A stretch of DNA of 46,121 bases. It comes from Opitutales bacterium. Lineage in GTDB: Bacteria; Verrucomicrobiota; Verrucomicrobiia; Opitutales; Seribacteraceae. The stretch is taken from contig JBMYOA010000001.1 of assembly GCA_049598825.1 (NCBI GenBank), positions 1-46,121 of the forward strand. The letters are read 5' to 3'. Both the position numbers and the translations under genes were made by a program. How positions within the stretch are numbered: the first letter of the stretch is position 1; every line of letters starts with the position of its first letter. This document shows, piece after piece, positions 28,215 through 35,317 of the stretch. Below the pieces are notes generated by a model, which was not told the DNA's origin, made no database searches, and was given only the letters and a program-made list of their open reading frames with translations.

Positions 28215-29648
28215 ATGAAAAATAAATTAGCTCCCCTACTTTGCTTGTCAATTGTGGTAGGATTTAGTTCATGTGCTTCCTATCAAACGAGCACAAAAGA
28301 ATTCAGAAACTCCTGGGACTTGGGTGATGAGGTGTCGGCTCTTTCGGATCTAGAAAAAGCAGGACAGTCAATTCAGGCAGGACATGATGAGGAGTTGCTA
28401 TGGAATTTGGAAATGATCACGACCTCCCGGGCCAATAAGGCGAATGAATTAACTGACCTGCATATTGATCGAGCTAAATCGATTGCGGATGAAAACTTTG
28501 GAGGAGGCTTAATTGATCCCAGTTCCAAAGGCATAGGTGAGTATGTAGGACATTTCCATGACCGTAACATGCTCGAAATCTACCGCACCATTCGTGCTCT
28601 TGAATCGAAAAACAATACCCGGGCTCAATCAGCTCTGACTGAATTAAAATTTAAACGCCAAGAGGCGGAGGAGATTAACCGGAAAAGGATCATTGATATC
28701 GAGTCGAAAGCAAATGAAAGAAAAGACCTCAAATACAGTGAATTTCTCGAATCCGGAGAGATTGACCAAAATGAACTGGTAAAACAAGAAATCGCCGAAA
28801 AATATCAGGAATTCTATAATCCCATGGGGGATTACCTTCGTCTTATTCTAACCAACCGAGGCGGGGAGCAGTTTGACTTTGGAACCAGTAAAGAAAACCT
28901 CAGTAAAACTATCGGAGAAAATGTTTCTTTTCTTAAGGGGGAGGAAAAGATCTCTTCAACCGATTCAAATTCCACAACCTATGTCTTCATGGAGACAGGT
29001 TCCGCTCCTTATCGGATTGAAAAAAAATTCCGTCTGCCTCTTGTACTTTTTTACAATGGGATGCCCCCCGGTGGAGTCCTTTATGTACCATTCTCCCTTC
29101 CCCAGCTTAATTACCGTGACGACTATGACCGTCAATTTACCCTGAAAACAGAAGCTCATTCTAAGCAAATGGAAATACTTACCGACATGGACTCGGTTGT
29201 TTCAGCCGAGTTTAAAGCCAAGCTACCCGGAGAAATTGCCAAAGCCCTCATTCAAACGGTATTGGCCGTTGCTTCCCAGGTAGCCATCGAAGAAGCAACC
29301 AAAGATCAACAACAGGACAACCTGGGAGTTTTCATACTGGCTACAGTTGCTAAAGTTGCCGCCGCTGAAGCATTCACCCAAGCTGATGACCGCTCCTGGT
29401 ACTCCCTACCCAAACAAATCATGGTCCAGAAAATCGCCACCCCTAAAAACGGGAAAATCTCAATTCGGGCGGGATCAAGTTCTGAAACTTCTTTTGAAGT
29501 CGACCCCAACAACCAGACCAACTTCGTCTACTTAAAGTCAATTCGCCGAGGAAACCCAATAAAAGTATTAAGCTCTTTTGGGTTCGAACAAGGCCTAGCC
29601 GAATTTTACCACCCAGAACTTCATAAGATTTTTGCCACCAATCATTGA
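28215..29648 (+). CDS. COG3014-like helical lipoprotein
   Basis: Lipobox FSSC; helical N-terminal half; FYNPMGDYL, VFMETGSAP, QADDRSWYSLPKQI (ADxRxW.xLP motif of this family). Confidence 0.75.
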   Translation: MKNKLAPLLCLSIVVGFSSCASYQTSTKEFRNSWDLGDEVSALSDLEKAGQSIQAGHDEELLWNLEMITTSRANKANELTDLHIDRAKSIADENFGGGLIDPSSKGIGEYVGHFHDRNMLEIYRTIRALESKNNTRAQSALTELKFKRQEAEEINRKRIIDIESKANERKDLKYSEFLESGEIDQNELVKQEIAEKYQEFYNPMGDYLRLILTNRGGEQFDFGTSKENLSKTIGENVSFLKGEEKISSTDSNSTTYVFMETGSAPYRIEKKFRLPLVLFYNGMPPGGVLYVPFSLPQLNYRDDYDRQFTLKTEAHSKQMEILTDMDSVVSAEFKAKLPGEIAKALIQTVLAVASQVAIEEATKDQQQDNLGVFILATVAKVAAAEAFTQADDRSWYSLPKQIMVQKIATPKNGKISIRAGSSSETSFEVDPNNQTNFVYLKSIRRGNPIKVLSSFGFEQGLAEFYHPELHKIFATNH

Positions 29649-29679
29649 CAAAATCATTAACCTGACATTTCCCTAAGAT

Positions 29680-30075
29680 ATGAAATTAGAAAAATTATTG
29701 CTTAGCCTCGCTTTCCTTTCATTTGCAGGATGTGCAACCTACAACAAAAACCCGACCACCACTTACGAAAGCAATGAGGATGCATCCGTTAGCCGAATTG
29801 CCGGGGGTGATAACAAGACAAAAAACATCGTGGTCGTAAATAGTTTTAAAAACCGCGTTAATGGAAAACTACTAGCAAAAGCCGAAGTGCAAAACCAGTC
29901 CTCTAAACCAAGCATTTTTCTCTACAAGTTTGACTGGGTAGCCGAAGACGGGTCGGTCGAAAACTCCCCAGTCTGGCAAAACGCAACCATTAACGGAAAA
30001 GAGATGCAAACCCTGCAAGCTGTGGACCCTCGGGGTAATGCAGTCGATTTCCGCCTTTTACTCAAAGGAATCTAA
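29680..30075 (+). CDS. YcfL/DUF1425-like lipoprotein
   Basis: Lipobox FAGC; NGKLLAKAEVQN, YKFDWVAEDG, W...I.GKE..LQAV.P..AVDFRL pattern. Confidence 0.8.
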   Translation: MKLEKLLLSLAFLSFAGCATYNKNPTTTYESNEDASVSRIAGGDNKTKNIVVVNSFKNRVNGKLLAKAEVQNQSSKPSIFLYKFDWVAEDGSVENSPVWQNATINGKEMQTLQAVDPRGNAVDFRLLLKGI

Positions 30076-30100
30076 CCCTTGAATCATACTTCATAGATCA

Positions 30101-30670
30101 ATGAAAAAATTAACTCTCTTCTCTTTTATCACCTCCTCCCTCCTCTTCTTTATTGGCTGCCAAAGCGGAAAAACCATCCGGGTGGATTCATCTCAAGTTA
30201 CGGAATATCGTGATTTAACGATTCGGGACCTCGATGAAATGTCTTCAAAAATGTTCCCCAAGCTCATGCAGTCGGCCTTGGCTCAGTCAAATGATACGCA
30301 ACCGCCCAGTCTAGCAATCGGTCCGATGACAGCACAAATTTCAGTCGAATTCCCGGAAGCTTTACGAATTAATCGTCTGCGAAATGTGATTACTCAATCC
30401 GGACTTGCTCAGATTTCAGGAAGTAGTTCGAACAGCACATTGAACGAATACATTCGGTTTGCGAAGTCTCAACAAGGCAGATCCGGCACCAATCTCCCTG
30501 ATTATGTTCTGACGCAAAAAATATACGAAAATCGTGAGTACCAGCCGAAAGTAATTTTTAAAACTTACACCTACATCCTTGAGCTAGTCGATTTACGTCC
30601 CGATTCCACAAGCTTAGGTAGTGTTGTCGTATCCGAAACCGAAACGATCGTTAAACAAGTCAAAAAGTAG
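30101..30670 (+). CDS. LpoB-like lipoprotein
   Basis: Lipobox FIGC; LTIRDLDEMSSKMFPKL, PDYVLTQKI, YTYILELVDL..G.VV..ETETIVKQ; directly follows the ycfL-like gene. Confidence 0.65.
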   Translation: MKKLTLFSFITSSLLFFIGCQSGKTIRVDSSQVTEYRDLTIRDLDEMSSKMFPKLMQSALAQSNDTQPPSLAIGPMTAQISVEFPEALRINRLRNVITQSGLAQISGSSSNSTLNEYIRFAKSQQGRSGTNLPDYVLTQKIYENREYQPKVIFKTYTYILELVDLRPDSTSLGSVVVSETETIVKQVKK

Positions 30671-30740
30671 TTAAATACTTAAAGGCTTTTCAATCCATTG
30701 GCTTGTTATTCCATGATAAGCCGTCATAAATGTGTGTATT

Positions 30741-31790
30741 ATGAAAACTGAAAGTTACGCGGCAGAAGCAGCCAAAGAAAATTTACACCCTTACACGATT
30801 GAAAGACGCTCACTAGGTAATACCGATGTTTTAATTGAAATTGATTATTGTGGAGTATGCCACACCGATTTGCATTTCGTTAATAATGATTGGGGCATGA
30901 CCGAATATCCCGTAGTCCCTGGCCATGAAATCGTAGGCAAAATAACCGAAATAGGATCTTCTGTTTCTAAATTCAAGATTGGTGATATCGCAGCCATAGG
31001 ATGCATGGTAAATGCCTGTGGAAAATGCGAATCCTGTAAGGTAGGGAACGAACAGTATTGTCATGCTGGTTTTACAGCAACTTACAATTCCCCTGTTGAT
31101 GATCCTGGTGGTTTTACTTATGGAGGTTACTCCCAGAGAATTGTAGCGGACGAATCGTTTGTCCTGAAAATGCCTGCTAATCTTGAACTTACTGGGACTG
31201 CACCCCTTCTCTGTGCGGGGATTACCACTTACTCGCCTCTTCAACATTGGTCCGTTACCAAAGGAATGAAAGTTGGCGTAGTCGGTCTAGGTGGGCTTGG
31301 TCATATGGGAGTTAAATTTGCTCATGCCATGGGAGCCCACACGGTCATGATCACCACTACCCCTGAAAAAGGAAATGATGCCAAATCACTTGGGGCTGAT
31401 GAAGTCCTGATATCCACTGATGCTGATGCCATGGCCAAAGAAGCAGGTGAATTTGATTTCATCCTTAATACCATTCCGGTTGACCACAAAGTCGACCCCT
31501 ACCTCGATCTTCTTAAAGTCGATGGCACCATGTGTGTGGTGGGTGCGGTTGAACCCTTAAGTCAGGTAAATGCAGCTCAACTCATGTTTGGAAGAAAAAA
31601 TCTTGCGGGATCTTTAATTGGTGGGATCCAACAAACACAGGAAATGCTTAATTTCTGCGGTGAGCACAATATCACCTCCGATGTGGAAGTCATTCGTATG
31701 GATCAAATTCAGGAAGCATTCGAAAGACTTGTCAAAAGCGATGTTAAGTATCGTTTCGTGATCGATATGAAAAGCCTCTCTGCTGCCTAA
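30741..31790 (+). CDS. Zn-dependent NAD(P)H alcohol/aldehyde dehydrogenase (CAD/YahK-like)
   Basis: CGVCHTD, GHEIVG, structural Zn CGKCESC...C, APLLCAGITTYSPL, GLGGLG, YRFVID. Confidence 0.95.
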   Translation: MKTESYAAEAAKENLHPYTIERRSLGNTDVLIEIDYCGVCHTDLHFVNNDWGMTEYPVVPGHEIVGKITEIGSSVSKFKIGDIAAIGCMVNACGKCESCKVGNEQYCHAGFTATYNSPVDDPGGFTYGGYSQRIVADESFVLKMPANLELTGTAPLLCAGITTYSPLQHWSVTKGMKVGVVGLGGLGHMGVKFAHAMGAHTVMITTTPEKGNDAKSLGADEVLISTDADAMAKEAGEFDFILNTIPVDHKVDPYLDLLKVDGTMCVVGAVEPLSQVNAAQLMFGRKNLAGSLIGGIQQTQEMLNFCGEHNITSDVEVIRMDQIQEAFERLVKSDVKYRFVIDMKSLSAA

Positions 31791-32069
31791 ATGTCAAAAA
31801 AACAAGGTAACTTCCCTGTCACTAAGTCCTGTAAACCCATGCCACCCAAAGGCACGGATGACTGGATTATCTGGGCAGCCTGGGCCGACCGAATCACCTT
31901 CGAGGAAATTTATAAAATAACCGGCAAAAAAGAATCCGATGTCATTCGGATTATGAGAAAAAACCTAAAATCATCCAGTTTTAGGAAATGGCGTGCCCGA
32001 GCCAGTCAAGTAAGTCACAAGCATCGCAAAAAATTTCAGGTATTCAGGCAGGATTTAGAAATCAACTAG
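31791..32069 (+). CDS. TIGR03643/DUF2805 family protein
   Basis: IIWAAWADRITFEEI..TGKKESDVIRIMRKNLKSSSFRKWRAR fits the family pattern. Confidence 0.8.
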   Translation: MSKKQGNFPVTKSCKPMPPKGTDDWIIWAAWADRITFEEIYKITGKKESDVIRIMRKNLKSSSFRKWRARASQVSHKHRKKFQVFRQDLEIN

Positions 32070-32080
32070 TCAGTCGGCTT

Positions 32081-32410
32081 TTAGCTGCAACTCATACATG
32101 TTTGGACCTCTGGTGCTACCTCCAACCTCTCAGGAGAAATTTCTTTTCCACAAAAAACACAGGTCCCATAGTTTCCCATTTCAAGCCTTGAGATTGCTGA
32201 TTTAATTTCTACAAGCTGTCGCTTTTTTCGTCTTCTCATCTCCATGACAAGTTGCTGATCTTGCATCGCCTCCATCCGTGACAACCTGCCCAGTCCTTTA
32301 TCCGGTGAGACTGCAGCGGCCGCATCTTCACTGGATTCAAGGTACTTCCCTACCTGATGCAAGGCTTCCTCCAAGTACTTTTGGTATTTATTTTGATCAG
32401 CGGGAATCAT
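32081..32410 (-). CDS. TraR/DksA C4-type zinc finger protein
   Basis: GRLSRMEAMQ coiled-coil tip; YGTCVFCGKEISPERLEVAPEVQTCMSC. Confidence 0.9.
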   Translation of the reverse strand: MIPADQNKYQKYLEEALHQVGKYLESSEDAAAAVSPDKGLGRLSRMEAMQDQQLVMEMRRRKKRQLVEIKSAISRLEMGNYGTCVFCGKEISPERLEVAPEVQTCMSCS

Positions 32411-32505
32411 TGGGATTTAAAGAAATTATTATTCAACTTCAGCTGAGACTCGGTAATTCTCAAATATAAAGTTGAAAAATACTTTTTTGAGAAAAAACTA
32501 TGATA

Positions 32506-32532
32506 GTCTTGAAAAAATTTCATTTTCAGGAC
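32506..32532. promoter_or_regulatory. Inverted repeat upstream of the YHS-like gene, candidate operator
   Basis: GTCTTGAAAA-N7-TTTTCAGGAC (9/10 paired), just downstream of a TATGAT hexamer at 32499-32504. Confidence 0.35.
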
Positions 32533-32544
32533 ATTAACTAATAT

Positions 32545-32994
32545 ATGAACAAATTCTTAAGCTCTCTCCTTTTCTTATTTCTTTTCAATTCTTCACTCGT
32601 TGCTGAGGAATGTGCCATCATGCTAGGTGATGAAATTGATCCTGAAGAATTTTCAGAAAGCACCGGCAAAAAGATATTTTTTTGCTGTGGTTCCTGCGTG
32701 AAAGCCTTTGACGGTGCCGCTGCTTATTACATCAAAGCCGTCCCCGCATTAGCCAAAAAGTTTACCGATGCTGAAAAGAAAAAACTCGGTGTTGATAAAG
32801 TTAAACTTCTCGACCAACGGGTATGCCCCATTTATCCAGAACGCTTCATCAACCCGAACTCTAAAACCGTTGAATACAAGGGTAAGACAATTTACCTTTG
32901 GTCATCCAGTGCTCAGCGTCGCTGGAAACGCGATCCGGACACTTACTTTAAAGAAGCTTTCGACAAAGGACATCTTCCTCAGTTCAAGAGCTGA
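32545..32994 (+). CDS. Secreted tandem YHS/TRASH-like domain protein
   Basis: Signal peptide; CAIM...GKKIFFCCGSCVKAF and CPIY...EYKGKTIYLWSSSAQRRW..DPDTY repeats. Confidence 0.75.
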   Translation: MNKFLSSLLFLFLFNSSLVAEECAIMLGDEIDPEEFSESTGKKIFFCCGSCVKAFDGAAAYYIKAVPALAKKFTDAEKKKLGVDKVKLLDQRVCPIYPERFINPNSKTVEYKGKTIYLWSSSAQRRWKRDPDTYFKEAFDKGHLPQFKS

Positions 32995-33013
32995 TCGCCT
33001 TTACATTTCTTTC

Positions 33014-33050
33014 AAAAAAACCTCGTTCACAAAATGGGCGAGGTTTTTTT
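33014..33050. terminator. Bidirectional rho-independent terminator
   Basis: AAAAAAACCTCGTTCA-caaaa-TGGGCGAGGTTTTTTT hairpin with A and T tracts, between convergent genes. Confidence 0.85.
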
Positions 33051-33057
33051 GTGGGCA

Positions 33058-33699
33058 TTACCCTTTTTCGAGAAACACAAAGAAGGTTCCAGTCGAGCAA
33101 TGGATTTCAACTGAGTCAGATTCGCATCTATTACTTTGCCCCACGATTCTTGATCCTCCAATAGTCTCGCAATCCAGCTCCCATTGTAATCCTTTTGTCG
33201 TGACTCCCCTGGACTCACATATAGGCACAATACTGACAGTGGCCCCTTTCCTTCCATGAAGAGTGAGTGGGCAAGACGGTGTTACCCTTCGCATCCACTC
33301 CTGGTCATCATCAAAGGTAATTTCCAAAGATTGATCGGCAACGGAAGCAACCAAGAGATTGGTCATCAAATGATCAGTTCGTTTTCCCAAGCCCCCTAAA
33401 ATAATTAAATTTTTTGTTTTGGTATTATGCTTTATCCAGTGCAGAGCTTTTTCAAAATCAGTTGTATCTTGATCATGCAAGTGCACGACTTTCAATTGTG
33501 GAAACTCACTTCCAGGGTGTTCTTCATCCGAGAGGGAATCCATATCTCCAATCAGCGTGTCTGGTACTAAACCAGCGTGCCTAAAGGAAAGAAAGCCACC
33601 ATCCACCGCAATTGAGTGATCCGCTTCTTCCATCCTCCAAGTGATTAGCGCATCCGATGGCGGCATTCCCGCCAATACCAACAAGCAGGTTTCGCCCAT
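33058..33699 (-). CDS. thiN: Thiamine diphosphokinase
   Basis: IAVDGG, PDTLIGDMDS, DQDTTDFEKAL, GGLGKRTDH, TTKGLQWEL, SN motifs. Confidence 0.92.
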   Translation of the reverse strand: MGETCLLVLAGMPPSDALITWRMEEADHSIAVDGGFLSFRHAGLVPDTLIGDMDSLSDEEHPGSEFPQLKVVHLHDQDTTDFEKALHWIKHNTKTKNLIILGGLGKRTDHLMTNLLVASVADQSLEITFDDDQEWMRRVTPSCPLTLHGRKGATVSIVPICESRGVTTKGLQWELDCETIGGSRIVGQSNRCESDSVEIHCSTGTFFVFLEKG

Positions 33700-33705
33700 G
33701 GGTAT

Positions 33706-34629
33706 TTAAAGAAAAAAGGCCCTTTGTTTTTCAGATACGGACATTTGAAGTTTTTCCATCACCAATAAGAAGTCTTCCCAGACTTTCCTCTTACTCGTTT
33801 TGCTTGGGTTATGAAGCAGGTACGATGGATGATAGGTGATCATCATGGGAACCCCCATAACTTCATGCCAGGTTCCTCTCACTTGACTAAGCCTTCTTTT
33901 GGGATCATGCCCCAGTAATCCGTCGGTGGCTGTTTTACCAAGAGCCATTACTATTTTTGGCTGAACGATCTCGAGTTGTGCCTTGAGATAAGGAAGGCAA
34001 AAATCCATTTCCTCTCGGGAGGGAGGACGGTTTCCATAGGCTTGGTTGTGCCTTGGTCTCCAATTCAAAATATTGCCAAGGTAAACTTTTTCGCGACTTA
34101 ACCCCATCGCACTCAAAATCTTTACCAATAGTTCACCCGCAGGACCCACAAAAGGCGAGCCCGCCACCTCCTCCTCCGCACCGGGAGCTTCTCCACATAA
34201 AAAGAGTTCAGCATCCAGATTACCCTCCCCAAAAACCACCTTGCCCGATGGATTGAGTTCAGCATTACAGGTCTCACATTCCAAAACCTTTTTACGCAAC
34301 CACTCCCACTTTTCCTCCTTATTACCATCCGGAATTTCAAAACTTGGGGGGGGAGGAAGTGAAGGTGTTGTTTTTTCAACTTTCACTTGTGCTTTGACTT
34401 CAGTAGATGCGGGTTCTGCTACAGTGAGAGGCACACTTGCCGTTACCCTTTCATTAGATTGAGACACTTCAACTTCAGGCTCATAACTTTTTTCAATTCC
34501 AGAACCTGGTCCCAATAAATCCTCAAGATCCTGCAGTGTATGATCTTGCATAAAGATGCGGTCTACTCCTTCAGATCTCATCCTCGTCAATTCTTCAAGA
34601 ACCGCTTGCGTGGCTAGTGCCAGATTCAT
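33706..34629 (-). CDS. Family-4 uracil-DNA glycosylase with N-terminal extension
   Basis: VFGEGN, GEAPGAEE, PFVGPAGELL, GNRPP, TYHPSYLL. Confidence 0.92.
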   Translation of the reverse strand: MNLALATQAVLEELTRMRSEGVDRIFMQDHTLQDLEDLLGPGSGIEKSYEPEVEVSQSNERVTASVPLTVAEPASTEVKAQVKVEKTTPSLPPPPSFEIPDGNKEEKWEWLRKKVLECETCNAELNPSGKVVFGEGNLDAELFLCGEAPGAEEEVAGSPFVGPAGELLVKILSAMGLSREKVYLGNILNWRPRHNQAYGNRPPSREEMDFCLPYLKAQLEIVQPKIVMALGKTATDGLLGHDPKRRLSQVRGTWHEVMGVPMMITYHPSYLLHNPSKTSKRKVWEDFLLVMEKLQMSVSEKQRAFFL

Positions 34630-35237
34630 GATCCTATGTCTTCAAGTACCGGAGCAGAAAACTTTTCCACATATTTTGCCAAAATATCGAATTCCAAATT
34701 AATCAAGTCCCCTTTTCCTCTTTGCTTGAGGTTTGTCTTTCCCAGAGTGTGTGGGATTAACCAGATTGCAAAAGAATCTTCTTCCACTTCACAAACGGTA
34801 AGAGAACATCCATCGACTGCCACACAACCTTTATCAACAAGATATCGCGAATATGCAGACGGCAGGGAGACTCGGAAATATAGATTCTTTCCTCTTTCCT
34901 CGAAAATTTTGACTTCGCCTACCCCGTCGATGTGTCCAGTAACGAAATGTCCTCCCATTCTGCCGGTCGCCGGAACCGAACGCTCAAGATTCACCAAATC
35001 ACCGGGCTTAAGTTTACCCAGATTAGTCCTGCTCAGCGTTTCGTCCAGCAGGTCGAATTCTCCAAACTTGTCACCCTGCCCCCGAAAAGTCAGGCAGCAA
35101 CCATTGACAGCCAAACTTGCACCCGCTTCAAGTCCGCTACTTTCCTCGAATGGTAAAGACAGGGTTAAACACCATGATTCTTTTTCTTCAACCAAAGACT
35201 CTACCTTACCAACGCCCTCTACAATACCCGTAAACAT
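34626..35237 (-). CDS. ribE: Riboflavin synthase
   Basis: MFTGIVE, AVNGCCLT, VNLER, GGHFVTGHIDG, AVDGCSLTV, LIPHT, NLEFD. Confidence 0.97.
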   Translation of the reverse strand: MFTGIVEGVGKVESLVEEKESWCLTLSLPFEESSGLEAGASLAVNGCCLTFRGQGDKFGEFDLLDETLSRTNLGKLKPGDLVNLERSVPATGRMGGHFVTGHIDGVGEVKIFEERGKNLYFRVSLPSAYSRYLVDKGCVAVDGCSLTVCEVEEDSFAIWLIPHTLGKTNLKQRGKGDLINLEFDILAKYVEKFSAPVLEDIGS

Positions 35238-35282
35238 ATCAAATAAATTCTTACGCTTTTCTTGCGTGAGAGGAAAGATAAT

Positions 35283-35310
35283 TTGACCTCACCATTCCCA
35301 AAACTAATCT
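35283..35310 (+). promoter_or_regulatory. Putative sigma70-type promoter, probably giving a leaderless mRNA
   Basis: TTGACC (35283-35288), 16 nt, TAATCT (35305-35310), then 7 nt to the GTG at 35318. Confidence 0.5.
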
Positions 35311-35317
35311 GATTAAT

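Noticed and set aside
29645-29679. Internal promoter at a perfect TTGACA
   Set aside because: No credible -10 at 16-18 nt spacing; TAAGAT is 23 nt away and abuts the ATG.
32768-33259. 163-aa plus-strand ORF
   Set aside because: It overlaps the YHS gene out of frame, crosses a terminator and runs antisense into thiN.
34636-35286. 216-aa plus-strand ORF
   Set aside because: It is the antisense shadow of ribE, with Ser/Pro/Thr-rich composition and no motifs.
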